From assembly GCF_006345805.1 (NCBI RefSeq), contig NC_043016.1:26288001-26352000 (forward strand): DNA of 64,000 bases. Reading direction: 5' to 3'. The notes beneath the pieces were generated by a model that was not told where the DNA came from, searched no databases, and saw only the letters and a list, made by a program, of their open reading frames with translations. Made by a program: the position numbers and the translations under genes. Below, piece by piece: positions 36,665 to 49,650 of the stretch. The DNA comes from Octopus sinensis (taxonomy: Eukaryota). Every line of letters begins with the position of its first letter. The first letter of the stretch is position 1.

Positions 36665-36776
36665 ATGCATACGATCGTTTCGAACAGCGATATTTACATG
36701 TAAATAACATGGTAGAATAATTAAAATTAATTTGATTAAATTAAATTAATTACATATCACTGTTCTCATCAGTGCA
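36665..36776 (-). ncRNA. Type-I hammerhead motif with 84-nt extended stem II
   Basis: tgca CTGATGA gaacagtgatat..atatcgctgttc GAA ACGATCGT A tgca: 12-bp stem II base, perfect palindrome, GUA triplet. Confidence 0.75.
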
Positions 36777-36899
36777 AAAAGTATACACAGGAATTATTAC
36801 TATTATAGAAGACGTGATGAAGGAAAGAGCAAATAACAAAATTCGGATATACATATTTTATCCTTATGGAAAATTGAGATCATGCTAAAGAATGTTGTT

Positions 36900-37367
36900 G
36901 AGTACATATGTATGTATGTATGTGTATGTATGTATGTATGGATGGATGGATGTATGTATGGATGGATGGATGGATGGATGGATGGATGGATGGATGGATG
37001 GATGGATGGATGTATGTATGTATGCATATGTATGTATGCATATGTATGTATGTATGTATGTATGTGTATGTATGTATGTGTATGTATGTATGTGTATGTA
37101 TGTATGTGTGTGTATGTATGTATGTGTGTGTATGTATGTATGTGTGTGTGCGTATGTGTATATATATGTATGTATGTATGTATGTATGCATGCATGCATG
37201 CGTGCATGTGTGCATGCATGTGTGTATGTATGTGTGTGTGTATGTATGTATGCATGCATGCATGCATGTATGTATGTATGTATGTATGTATGTGTGTGTA
37301 TGTATATATGTATGTATGTGTAGTATGTATGTATGTATGTATGCATGCATACATGTATGTATGTATG

Positions 37368-37399
<32 letters not shown>

Positions 37400-37452
37400 T
37401 GTATGTATGTATGTATGTATGTATGTATGCGTGCATGCGTGCGTATGTATGT
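36900..37452. repeat. (TATG)n/(TGGA)n microsatellite
   Basis: Visible run; source of the 300-aa spurious ORF. Confidence 0.95.
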
Positions 37453-37469
37453 ATAGTGATAATAATAAC

Positions 37470-37812
37470 AAGAGCACTCAGAGAGTGCAAACCTCCACCA
37501 AGGCAACACCAACGTCGATTTTTAAAATGAGAATATCTGAAATAAACTCAATTGCACTCACAAACGAGAATACTAAAAATGAACGCGACTACTCTCAAAA
37601 ATTAAGTAAAAAAAACAGGAAAAATAATCCAGAACCCTTGTCTGGTACCAGATTAATCCCAAAATCTAATCAGTTCATGCCAGTCATGAGGCCAAACATC
37701 TCTGAAAGTTTCATCCAGATCCATTTGGAGGTTCTTGAGATATCTTGTCCATGGACAAACAAACAAACAAACAAATGTGACTGAAAACAATACCTCCACT
37801 AAGGTGGAGGTA
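37470..37812 (+). mobile_element. Helentron-associated (HINE-like) element
   Basis: 5' aacaagagcactcagagagtgc; 3' (AAAC)n and hairpin cctccactaaggtggagg. Confidence 0.65.
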
Positions 37813-37849
37813 ATAATCCTAGGATGGAATTTATTACTATTTTAATGCA

Positions 37850-38340
37850 TCACTACACGCTTTTTCTTAAATCATGTGTCTTAAGATCATAGTCCATATT
37901 TCTGGGATAATTACAATACACCATGTAGTATCCATGGGCATCGGGTAGATCATGATCGTGTATTCATTTCTTCGGGTGATATAGCATTAAGGAATGTTTA
38001 ACTGAGGGTTGTTTATTAATTTTGACCAATGAAGTGGTTGATATGGGTATGTGGGCATTTCTGTGTGTATTTGATGGGGAGGAGTGGAAGGTGATGGGAA
38101 GAGAGGAAGGAATGGTAATTATAAGGAGATGGAGGTGTGTGTAGTGATGTTGGATTTATTTTGATATTTGAGTATGCAGATGTCAGAATGGGTAGTATGT
38201 TCTTTGGTTTGATTTCATTCGCTGCAGGCCTCTCTTCAAGGAATCCAGAGTTAGTTAGGTCAGCATGTACAGTCACTACAGCCACTCAGTTGTTGAGATT
38301 CATTGTTTTAGTTGACAAATGATATTTTCTTAAAATGTCC
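37850..38340 (-). mobile_element. I/Nimb-like LINE fragment approaching RNase H (decayed)
   Basis: RPAANEIKPKNILPILTSAYSNIKINPT.. followed by a degenerate IYTDG-like motif. Confidence 0.4.
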
Positions 38341-38343
38341 TAT

Positions 38344-38569
38344 TAACACTTTTGATACCAACCCGGCTGAAACTGGGTCTGGCTTTGTACTACAAATGTC
38401 TTGTTTCCGTAAGTTTTGAATTAAAATCTTCCACCAAACCTTAATCACAATTTATGTTCCTAACGCTAGCTTAATGATAACTAAGTTATTTTACTAAATT
38501 CTTTGCTATATTTAAAGTAATTGAAAGAAACACAGAGAATCTCAAAATAAATACAGTAATGAAAGGGTT
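38344..38569 (+). mobile_element. piggyBac-like MITE
   Basis: TTAA flanks, ends cacttt../..aaaggg; homologous to the split copy at 8825-10105. Confidence 0.7.
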
Positions 38570-38689
38570 AATTATTTTTGGTGGTATAATGGTATAGCAT
38601 ATGGCATATGAAAATAGTGACTATTTTGTTCAGTTGTTTATGTTCTTCTCTTGCTAAAGACGGTTAGTACTTTTCTGTTTCAAAATGTT

Positions 38690-39010
38690 TTTTTCGAATT
38701 CTAGGAATGATGCCTTACATTCATGCTTACATGATATAATAACTTCCGGATGTCTATTAATTATGTTTTTTCTGGATGTGATGATTGCCAGGGTTTCTTC
38801 TAGACATAAGTTGCACACTCTCAATGTTTTTTATCTTATGATGCAGCATTTTATTTATAATAAACCAGTGAGTTGTATGCTTCACTCCATTCTGTTTGAG
38901 CTTCCAGATGAGGTTAGATAGTGATGTGGAGTGCCTTCTGTTTACATTGGAAAAGGATGGCTGTGCAGATGATTTTACATGGGTCTCTGGTACCACCAAT
39001 GTACGCATCT
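38690..39010 (-). mobile_element. Penelope-like element GIY-YIG endonuclease C-terminal fragment
   Basis: SFSNVNRRHSTSLSNLIWKLKQNGVKHTTHWFII resembles the HKSSF..STSLSKYIWKLK..IKW.I motif of PLE endonucleases. Confidence 0.7.
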
Positions 39011-39841
39011 TTCTGTGTACCCACCTTCACCTCACATTTGTAAGCCACATTCTTCATCATGCACTTGTTAAACCCAGTACTTATTTTAAAGTTTGGTACT
39101 TATTCTATTGGTCTCTTTTGCTGAACTGCTAAGTTACAGGGACATAAACACATCAATCTGTATTGTCAAATGGTGAGGGAAGAACAAATACATGCATGCA
39201 CACACACACACATACACACAAACACACACACACACACACAAATACACACACGCTCACACACACACACACACACATGTATTTATGTGTTTATGCGTGCATG
39301 ACTTTGTATTTGTATCCCACCAATGCTTGACAACAGATTTGAATGACTACCGTAAGCCATTGCTCACAGTATAGCTGCTGTCCAATAATTGAAACAAGTA
39401 AAAGATAAGCAATAAAGACAATTATATATCTATGACAAAATTATGACAGTGTTTTGGCAGTCATCAGACTATGTGATAGTATGCTGTGTGGTATTCTGTC
39501 TGGGTTTCCGCTTACTGAGTTCAATTTTTGTTGAGATCAACTTTTCATTTCACCCTTTCAGACAGCCAATACTAAGAGTTAATATTTTCTCCATTTATCT
39601 GTCTCACTTTCTCTCTCACTTTTTCTGTCTCACTTTCTCAATCACGTTTTCTGTCTCACTTTTTCTGTCTCATTTTCACTGTTTCATTTTTTTTTTCTTT
39701 CTCACTCTGTATTCTCTCCAGACGAAATCCACTGTATTCAGACTGGGAGGGGTAGCTGCCAGGCCAGCTCACCACCTTAAATGATAGAAAGATGTTGAAT
39801 TCAGAAAGGGCATAAATACATTCTTTCTATGCTTATTGATG

Positions 39842-40055
39842 TATGAAGGGTTACTGAAAAGTTCCTGGCTTTAAGGGTGTCATGAATGGTGTGGTTGGAG
39901 GCCCAACATTCTGAGTTATTTTACAGGGCTTAGAAAAACTGAAGGACCAATTTGTGTGAATCTGAGAGGGGAATACGTTGAATAAAATCATAATTAACTG
40001 ATTTTCCTATACTTTCTTTTATCCAAAGACAGGAACTTTTCAGCATCCCCTCATG
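39842..40055 (+). mobile_element. Mariner MITE
   Basis: TIRs tgaagggttactgaaaagttcctggcttt and aaagacaggaacttttcagcatcccctca; left TA. Confidence 0.75.
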
Positions 40056-40992
40056 TGTGTATAAAAGAGCAGGAGGCATCCCCTCATATACTGTTTCATG
40101 TTTTTTTTTTCTCCAGTTCCCTTTCACACTCAGTTTTGTATAATACATGTATCCTTAAAACTTTACCTACTAAGTCCATATTGCACCATATTTCACACCA
40201 TATTTACAACAGTGGACTAACTTCGTCATAAACTGAACATTTTTTTAAATTTCGTAACTAGCAGTGCTCCAGCATGGCCACAGCCTTTCAACCAAAGCTT
40301 ATAAATGAATAAAAGAATATGACCGAGACTCCTGGCAGTTTGCAGTCCTTGGGAAAACATGCCAAGCCAAGTAAAAACATGGTTATCCTTGCATATAGGC
40401 TTGACCCCTGCAGCCCTCCCCAGCAGAGTATTCCTAATCTTGCTGGCTCACGGGTGCTGCTGCCACGTAAAAAGCACCCGTACTGGTGCCACATAAAAAG
40501 CACCCATACTTGTGCCACATAAAAAGCACCCATGCTGGTGCCACGTAAATGCACCCATGTCAGTGCTACGTAACAGCACCCAGTACACTCTGTAAAGTGG
40601 CTGGCAGTAGGAAGGGTATCCAGCCATAGAACCCACGCCAAAATAAACATGGAGCCCGGGCAGCTCTTCAGCTGACCAGCTCTTGTCAAACCATCCAAAC
40701 AATGCCAGCATGGAAAATGAACGTTAAATGATGATGGTGATGATAATGGTGGTAGTGTGTGGTAAATTTATTTTGATTGTTGTCTGCAACTTTGTGGAGA
40801 TGTTTCATCTGAAAAATCTGCACAGCTGTGTCCAGATTTTCCAGATTAAATAATGTAACTTGAATTTTATAATCTGAGGAATCTGGAACAGGTGTGCTAA
40901 TGTGCTAATTGCCATATGAAACATCTTGTAATACGTAAGTGTTGACCTACATAAACCTATACATAAACATATGTGTATATGTGTGTGTGTGT

Positions 40993-41031
<39 letters not shown>

Positions 41032-41657
41032 TGTTTGTGTGTGTCTTTGTATGTATATATGTAAATGTATGTATCATCCACATCCTCATCGTCATCATCC
41101 TCATTATTGTCATCATTGTTTAACTTCCATATTTTTCCTACTGGCATGATTTGGATAGATCTGACAAGCTAGAGGACTGCATCGAGGCCCAGTACCTGCT
41201 TGCTTCCATGGCTGGACACCCTTCCTAACACCAGCCACTGTGCAGAGTGTCCTGGGTGGGTGGGTGCCTTTTTTCTCTTTTTTTCTTTTTTTTTTCTTTT
41301 TTTCTTGTAGCACCGGCACTGCACTAGTGAGCTTACCAACTAACTTGCAAGACAAGATCCCTCAACTGAGAGGAGGAGTGGTATTGAGGGGGATGACTTT
41401 GTGCCAAGTGGTGAGAGGCTAAAGCATGATAGAGGGACAGGAACGGATATCTTGGTGTAGAGGTGATAACATGGCTACTCCAGAAGGAAAGAGAGAAAAG
41501 ATTCTGATGGTCAGATGTTTGTGCAAGAAGAGCGGCATATAAGGGAGAATAGAAACAGGAGATTGGAAAGGAGGTTAAGTTCACAAGAGGAGAGTGACAC
41601 ATAGCTGATAACGATAGAAGTGAATGCAGTGGATGGTTAATACAGGTGAAGTTGTGG

Positions 41658-41699
<42 letters not shown>

Positions 41700-41709
41700 T
41701 TATGCAAAG

Positions 41710-41940
41710 TGGAGGCACGTGGTTTAGTGGTTAGGGTGTCAGTTTCGATTCCTGACCGGGCGACGCGTTGTGTTCGTGAACAAAACACTTCATTTCACGT
41801 TGCTCCAGTCCACTCAGCTGGCAAAAATGAGTAACGCTGCAATGGACTGGCATCCCGACCAGCTGGGGAACACATACGCCATAGAAACCGGGAAACTGGA
41901 CCCATGAGCCTGGATAGGCTTTAAAAGGGCACATTTATTT
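41710..41940 (+). mobile_element. SINE family F (tRNA head, V-domain-like block)
   Basis: ggaggcacgtggtttagtggttagg head; ctgcaatggactggcatcccgaccag block. Confidence 0.7.
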
Positions 41941-42025
41941 ATTTATTATTTATGCAAAATGCAAGCATTTAAATGTGAATGATGTACAAATTGCAGTAAA
42001 GAGATTAAGTGAGTATGTTCTACAG

Positions 42026-42357
42026 CAGGCCTGGCCAACTCAAATTACATTACGGGCCACTTTAATCCCAGAAAGATTTTTAGGGCCACCTTGTATACTG
42101 ACAGAATTGAAAGCATTTTGCTCTCTCATGCTATTATTACAATAATGAATGAATGACCATTGATTCTACATGAAATATTATCATTGCAAAAACAAGAGTA
42201 TCTTTTTTTTTTTACTTTTCATTAAAATCTTTAATTTTTGATAAAATTTTTTACATGTTTGTTTAAATAAACCCATTTCAAGAAAGTATCAAGCAGGCTG
42301 CAAGATAAAAGTCTGTGGGCCGCATGCAGCCCATGGGCCTCAGGTTGGCCAGCCCTG
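42026..42357 (+). mobile_element. hAT (Charlie-like) MITE
   Basis: TIRs caggcctggccaac and gttggccagccctg; 8-bp TSD ttctacag/ctctacag. Confidence 0.85.
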
Positions 42358-42454
42358 CTCTACAGGATGTCATTATTCTTTTAATGTCCATATTTCCATG
42401 CTTGCAGAGGTTGCTGATGGAGTATTTGAGGCATATTTTCTACAACCAAATACC

Positions 42455-42666
42455 TATTTCTTTACTACCCACAAGGGGCTAAACACAGAGGGGGCAAAGA
42501 AGGACAGACAAACGGATTAAGTCAATTATATCGACCCCAGTGCGTAACTGGTACTTATTTAATCGACCCCGAAAGGATGAAAGGCAAAGTCGACCTCGGC
42601 GGAATTTGAACGCAGAACGTAACGGCATTTCGCCCGGCGCGCTAACATTTCTGCCAGCTCGCCACC
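42455..42666 (-). mobile_element. Young SINE family A with 19-bp TSD
   Basis: Perfect TSD ttttctacaaccaaatacc at 42436-42454 and 42667-42685. Confidence 0.92.
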
Positions 42667-42861
42667 TTTTCTACAACCAAATACCATTCCTGTCACCAAC
42701 CCTCACTTGTTCCCCATGATATGTTTTTATGGAAGATTGTAAGTGAAAGATATTGCTTGCATGATGGTAATACATATTTACAACTATCACATGATATCAA
42801 GGTAAGTAGACAGCAAGTACACAATATATATATGCATACATACACAAATATATATATATAT

Positions 42862-43418
42862 ACAAGCAAAACGCCCCCCACCCCACCTCCAATGGACAGT
42901 GCTGAATCATATCTGCTGAATAAAAAGCAATCAGTGTTTTCTTTTCATTAAAAAATAATTAAGCATGCTTTTATTTCAATAAAATTTTTGGTTTTGTAAA
43001 ACGAAGTTCAGCCAAAAAATAAACTTCTCAAGAAATCAAATAGTCTTTCCTTCCTTCATGCCAAGTTTGAAGAAAATATCTCTTTTGCATCTTAATTTTT
43101 GGGTCTTAAATATACTGCATTTTGTGGCTTTATTTCAAGCCAGCTGGCTTTTTTTTGCGCAAACTGCACTGGCATTTTTTTCATGTACGCGTAGTATCGA
43201 TCACAACAGCTGATGTACTTGCACGTACAAATGCACATCCCCATGGCTATATCGATTACATTCTCACCTGGAATCGATTTTTGTAATTTTTTCAAGACTT
43301 CTACACACCCTGATACCATCGGTATCTATATATCAAATTTGAGCACAATCGGATGGAGGATGCCTGAGATCCTAGAAGACACACAGACAGACAAACAGAA
43401 CGATTTTATATAATAGAT
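42862..43418 (+). mobile_element. Helentron/HINE-like element
   Basis: 3' aaatttgagcacaatcggatg..acagacagacaaacag..ttttatataatagat end; left boundary uncertain. Confidence 0.45.
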
Positions 43419-43419
43419 G

Positions 43420-43452
<33 letters not shown>

Positions 43453-43476
43453 AATTATTATGAAGCGTAGTGTAGA

Positions 43477-43648
43477 ATATATTGCATAAAGGATTGTAGA
43501 TAAGGCCAAAAGAATGTGAAGTAAATGCAAGGTAAATCACAAGAAAACAAATATATATTTAAGCAAATATATATTTGTTTTCTTGTGATTTACCTTGCAT
43601 TTACTTTGCATTGTTTTGGCCTTACCCACAATCTTTTATACAATATAT
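43477..43648. repeat. Near-perfect hairpin, ~84-bp arms, 4-nt loop
   Basis: 43501-43560 vs 43565-43624 has 3 mismatches; pairing extends further outward with transitions. Confidence 0.92.
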
Positions 43649-44346
43649 ATATAGGGGTGGCTGTGTGGTAAGAAGCTTACTTCTCAATCACATTGTTCCA
43701 GGTTCAGTCCCACTGTGTGTGTTGCACATTGGGCAAGTGTCTTCGACTATAGCCTCAGGCTGACCAAAGAGTTGGATTTGGCAAATGGAAACTGAAAGAA
43801 GCCCGTCATATATATATATAATTCAATAGTAAAATTGCACTCTTATGTAGTGTGACTGTCAAACTTGACACAATATAAGAATGCACCTTTTGATACACCT
43901 ACTGATGAAACACCACTCTGATGTATAAAACTGCAAATCTTACACAAATTTCCTCAAGAAATTTTGCATGCAATGGTGTTAAAAAGCAGAGAAGTACTGA
44001 AACAGTTGTAACTGGTAATTAATGAAGTACTAAACTCTCTCTTTGTCTTCTTATTTTGATTACATATTACTCTTTGCTAGATCTATACACTGAATTTACT
44101 GGTGTTGTACCTGGATTTTCTATACCAGCAGAATTTTGATCTTCCTTGATAGTAGATAGCCAAGAGCTCAGCTTGAGTGAGCACTACATAGAAAATAATC
44201 CAATTTCTTACCTTATAAGAAACATTTTATATTTCTCTCTACATATCTATATATCCATATGTATGTGTGTGTTTGTGTGTGTGAAAACTGTAAGAAGCCT
44301 ATTATGTGATTTGGTGAGTGCAGAAAATGAAAGGAAAGGGAAATAA

Positions 44347-44740
44347 TAGGAGTGGCTGTGTGGTAAGTAGCTTGTTTACCAGCCACATGGTTCCAAGTTC
44401 AGTCCCACTGCATGGCACCTTGGGCAAGTGTCTTCTACTATAGCCTCAGGCTTACCAAAGCCTTGTAAGTGGATTTGGTATACGGAAACTGAAAGAAGCC
44501 TGTCGTATATATGTATATATATGCGTGTGTGTGTTTGTGTGTCTGTGTTTGACCCCCTAGCATCACTTGACAACTGATGCTGGTGTGTTTATGTCCCCAT
44601 TACTTAGCGGTTCAGCAAAAGAGACTGATAGAATAAGTACTGGGCTTACAAAAGAATAAGTCCTGGGGTCAAGTTGCTCGATTAAAGGCGGTGCTCCAGC
44701 ATGGCCGCAGTCAAATGACTGAAACAAGTAAAAGAGAGAG
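44347..44740 (+). mobile_element. SINE family B, full length
   Basis: Head, microsatellite linker and tail all present. Confidence 0.9.
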
Positions 44741-44746
44741 AAAAGA

Positions 44747-44775
<29 letters not shown>

Positions 44776-44782
<7 letters not shown>

Positions 44783-45635
44783 GATTTGATGGGTAAATTG
44801 TTGTCATGTTACATTTTTTAATTTCGTGCATGCGCATTGCTTGTTTTTGATTTTGTTGACTAACCAGCATGGTAGGGTCAGTTGGGCACCATCTGTGAGA
44901 AAAACAGCACCATGACACAATTCACCCTGCCAGAAATTTGCGTACTGCTAATCTATATGTTGTACTGCTTGGCATTCATGCCAGAAGCTCCAATATGAAC
45001 ATTTCAAAGTGTTTAGGTGTCAGTCTAAGGACATGTACCGAGAATGATGAAAATCAAAATCCAGTCAACAGCATGGTGTTTGGAGTGATTACTAGTGATG
45101 GTGATCTTATGTCGCTGTTCATCTTCCCATACAGCCTCAGACTCAACATGGAGACCTACATCAGGTGCTGCCCTGGCTAGAGAGGGTGGCCGCTGGAAGA
45201 CCCTATGTCTAACAACAGGACTTTGCACCATGCCACACAAGCAGGAGAACCTAGTCATGGCTGTCAGACAATTTCTGAAACCACATACCCCCTAACATCT
45301 GGCCACCTAACTCTCCAGGCTGCAACCCTCTTGATTATCATGTGTGAGGCACAAGAGACCAACAAAATTCCTTGTAATGCCGATGATGAACTGAAGGCAA
45401 GGATTATGGCAGCATTCACCAACTTAAAGAAGGAGACTGTCCAGAAGAGTTACAGGAGATTCCAAAGTCGTCTGGAGGCCATGGTTGAATCCAATGGCAA
45501 TTTTATTGAATAATATTACTGTTTAGTATTTCAAGATTATTTTTATGTAATTTTGGTAAATATATCTGTTAAAACGAGATGTCAGAGTTATTTTCATTCT
45601 AGTGTAATTTAACGATTTATTCACCGCACTCACAC
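44776..45635 (+). mobile_element. Tc1/maT-type DNA transposon, internally deleted
   Basis: ta-caggatttgatgggtaaattg left end and ..ttattcaccgcac right end; MVFGVITSDGD and WPPNSPGCNPLDY motifs. Confidence 0.75.
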
Positions 45636-45890
45636 ACACACACACACACGTGTTCTTTTATTCTTTTACTTGTTTCAATCATTTGACCATGGACATGCTG
45701 CAGCACCACCTTAAAGAGTTTTAATGGAAGAAATTGACCCCAGGAATTATTCTTATTCTATTGGTCTCTTTTGCCAAACCTCTAAGTTGGGGGGACCTAA
45801 ACACACCAGCATCGGCTGCCAAGTGATGGTGGTGGGGACAAATACAGACATACAAACACAAATATATACATACATACATATATCACCATG

Positions 45891-46182
45891 ATCACCGTGA
45901 CCGACCAGGCTATCAGATGTTGCTACACATCGCTGGTCACAATGCGCTTCACATTGTTTTAGCCTTCAAATGATGCCACCCCACTGGCTAAGCGAGCAGG
46001 CCAACAGAAGAAAGAGTGAGAGAAAGTTGTGGCGAAAGAGTATGCCACCATCCCCTGCTGAAGCCTTGTGGAGGTTTGGGTGTTTTCGCTCAATAAACGC
46101 TCACAATGCCCGGTCTGGGAATCAAAACTGTGATCCCACAAGCACAAGTCCGGTGCCCTAACCACTGGGACATTGCGCTCCA
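45891..46182 (-). mobile_element. SINE family C head with alternative tail
   Basis: Homologous to 16703-17006. Confidence 0.85.
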
Positions 46183-46214
46183 CACATACATATATATACA
46201 TATACGTATGTATG

Positions 46215-46246
<32 letters not shown>

Positions 46247-46427
46247 TATATAATATATATATATATATAGATGGGCTTCATTCAGTTTTCATCTACCAAA
46301 TCCATTCACAAGGCTTTGGTCAGCCTGAGGCTATAGTAAAAGACACTTGTCCAAGGTGCCGTGCAGTGGATTGAACCCAGAACCATATGGTTGGGAAGCA
46401 AGCTTCTTAACACATAGCCACACCTGC

Positions 46428-46469
<42 letters not shown>

Positions 46470-47216
46470 TATATATGTATATGTATTTATACTTTGGGTA
46501 TGGTAGATGAGTTCAGCAAAAATTTAGATTCAGATGAATATGGTACTTAAGTTGAGGCACCAGAATTTAGTACGGTATTATCCATACAGTTTCAAAGTAA
46601 GGTGATTAAAATCAAAATAAGCAACAAGAATACCTCTGGATATCCTTGTTTCTTATTTTGATTATATATACACACACACACACATACACACACCAGGCTC
46701 CAATCTAATTTGTATGGTATCCATGTCTGGATGCCCTTACTAATGCCACCACTCCAAAAGTGAAATGGGTGTTTTTTTTTACGACACACCACTTCTGTTA
46801 TAGCTCTGGGATATATATATATAAATGATTGGCTTCTTTCAGTTTCCAGCTACCAAATCTATTCATATGGCTTTAGAAAGCCTGGAGTTATAGTAGAGGA
46901 CATTTGCCCAAGATACTACACATTGTGATTTTGGGCAAGTGTCTTAGATGTGTATGAATTAAATGGGCTGAGGGAAAATGAGATACAGTGAGCAAGCAAG
47001 AAAAGCGAGCTAGTCTTGTCATATTATGACAGTTGTGTTATGAAGTTCAAAGCAATACATCTTGGAAGAAACCAGTAGAAGAGAAATAGGAAGACATGTG
47101 AAGGAAGAAGAAATGAAGAGTGGACACTGATCTCTGGGTGTTGAATCACATAAAAGTGTACGCTGACAAGTTGTGTTGGAGAAGATTCAGCCAACCAATG
47201 CACACATGGGGAAATG

Positions 47217-47500
47217 TCATCATCGTCATCGTTTAACGTCCGTTTTCCATGCTAACATGGGTTGGGTGGTTTGACCAGGGTCTGGGAAGCCAGGAGGCTG
47301 CACCAGGCTTCATTCTGATCTCGCAGTGTTTCTACAGCTGGATTCCCTTTCTAACACCAACCAGTCCATGAGTGTAGTGGGTGCTTTTTACGTGCCACCA
47401 GCACAGGGACCAGAGGAGGCTGACAATGGCCATGATCGGTTGGTGCTTTTTACATGCCACCAGCGCGGGTATTGCAACTACAATTCCATTTGATTTTATT
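47217..47500 (-). mobile_element. Family D repeat
   Basis: catcgtcatcgtttaacgtcc..ggattccctttctaacaccaacc. Confidence 0.8.
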
Positions 47501-47581
47501 TTGCTGTTGATGTACTTGACTCAATTGGTCTCCTCAAGCACAGCAGGTCACTCCAACAATGATAATGTTGATGATGATGAC

Positions 47582-47612
<31 letters not shown>

Positions 47613-47978
47613 GTGACGACAACAATGAGGATAATAATGACAACGACGACGATGATGATGATGATGTCCATTCATACACATAATATGCATGTACACACAC
47701 AACCACAACCACACACACACACAACTAATTATGGTAATGCCTTTTATTTCAACTTTCTACAAAGTGTATTAATTTCGTTATCTGTTAATATTGTTAATGG
47801 TAATTATACTAATGATAAGGACAGAAATAATACTGCTGTTGCTGATGTTGCTGGTATTGGTGTTGATGATGCTGACAATGATATATTACAGATGCTTCTC
47901 TTGACAGTGATCACAAAATTCATATCCATATACAGACAGCACACAGATGAAACACACACTTCCCATATGCACTTATCT

Positions 47979-48016
<38 letters not shown>

Positions 48017-48031
48017 ACGCACGCACACGCG

Positions 48032-48062
<31 letters not shown>

Positions 48063-48088
48063 CAAGTATATAATCCAATGAAGGAACC

Positions 48089-48319
48089 TATTTCTTTATT
48101 ACACACAAGGGGCTAAACACAGAGGGGACAAACAAGGACAGACATAGGTATTAAGTCGATTACATCGACCCCAGTGTGTAACTGGTACTTAATTTATCGA
48201 CCCCGAATGGATGAAAGGCAAAGTCGACCTCGGCGGAATTTGAACTCACAACGTAACGCAGACGAAATACCGCTAAGCATTTCGCCTGGCGTGCTAACGT
48301 TTCTGCCAGCTCGCCGCCG
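48089..48319 (-). mobile_element. Young SINE family A with 15-bp TSD
   Basis: TSD tccaatgaaggaacc at 48074-48088 and 48320-48334. Confidence 0.92.
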
Positions 48320-49199
48320 TCCAATGAAGGAACCATTAAGTGGTTGCTCAAAACTGCTGGAAATATCAGCCAAGTCGCTTTTAGTTCAAACCATGCCATC
48401 CCCAAAGGGAATGCCACATTTGGATAATGCTGTCTGGAAAACAAAACGAGCAAGAAAGTGAGATGACCACAGTTGGAACGATTTTGATCACAGTTCTCCT
48501 GAGATGATCTGGGTTAAACAATGTAACAATGATAATATTATGGATTTTTTTACATCTATAATTCCTTCCCAATTGGTGTATACAACTGATAACTCCGAAA
48601 TGTGTACATGTTTGTGTATTTATGCATATATACATATACACAAATCACACATATATGTATACATGCATGTAGACATATATATCATGTGTGTCCGTATATA
48701 CATACATATAAGTAATGTATCTATAATTTGCTTTGAATATCATCATCATAACTTAACGTCTGTCCTCCATACTGGCATAGGACTATAATACTGTAAATTA
48801 AGGATCACATTTTGGCTAAGCAAAAAACAAGAGTATCAAAAAGGAAAAAAGGAAAAAGAACGCATGGCAGGAAAGAAAACTGAGGGAAGCTTTGGTTATT
48901 TCGAAAATACAATTGGGCGAAAGCTTTCAGAGTTATGTCCCTTGGTTTGGCTTGATAAGCTATCTAGCAAAATGATGTGGAAAAGTTTTATTGCAATGTA
49001 TAGTATGTAGGTGTATTACGTATACACTCACATTTATGAAAGGGAGCAAAGGGGGGAAAGAGATAGTAAGTGAAAGAGAGCATGGGAGGGAGATAGTTAG
49101 ATAGAAATAAACACAGAGAGAGAGAGAGAAAGAAAGACAGCAGGAGATTTGTAGGCGGTACTATGAGAAAACTATTCAATAGATAAATTATGAAGATTA

Positions 49200-49650
49200 C
49201 TTTTAGCAGCAAACAGATCTTAGCTAATACTCCCAACCTGAGCACTGAGGCTGGCTGCTCGTTTAGCGGTTACAACATGTGCACACTTAATAGCCGATGT
49301 AACACAGAATCTATTGTGTATAAAACAGAGGTCGTATCCAAGCATTGCAGAGGGTTGGGGTGACATAAATGCAGAGATATACCAGAGCAACGGAGGAGCC
49401 CTTCAAGATTCAATTGAACAATCACAAGTCTTTCTTTAAGATCCAAGAATGCCAAAATATCCCAGTGCTAATTAGGTATACTGGATGTTGAAGGGGAAAA
49501 GTGGAAATGTGAGAGATCAACTGGGGGTTTGGGTATATTGAAAAATGCTGGTAGTATTTTAAGAGCAACAGAATATGCAGGATCTACTTAGTAGAGAAAC
49601 AGATGATCCAGAAGAATTTCCTTCATTCGGAGATCTTCCTGAATTCCAAT
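49200..49650 (-). mobile_element. Decayed LINE RT fragment (RTE-like)
   Basis: ILAFLDLKE..GLLRCSGI..SVLYT resembles RT domain 3; heavily degenerate. Confidence 0.35.

Noticed and set aside
36803-37784. 200-300-aa ORFs on both strands
   Set aside because: They are products of (TATG)n/(TGGA)n repeats running into a HINE-like element.
43895-43935. CTGATGA..AAAA hammerhead-like motif
   Set aside because: G12 is missing and stem II does not pair; at best a fossil.
47570-47670. Box C/D snoRNA (TGATGA motifs)
   Set aside because: TGATGA arises trivially from (GAT)n; no terminal stem or D box context.
47381-48116. Poly-Asp / poly-Met / poly-His ORFs
   Set aside because: Produced by (GAT)n and (CA)n tracts.
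48875-48935. Hammerhead with AAGCTT stem III
   Set aside because: The core is altered (CTGAGGG) and stems I and II are eroded; counted only as a fossil.
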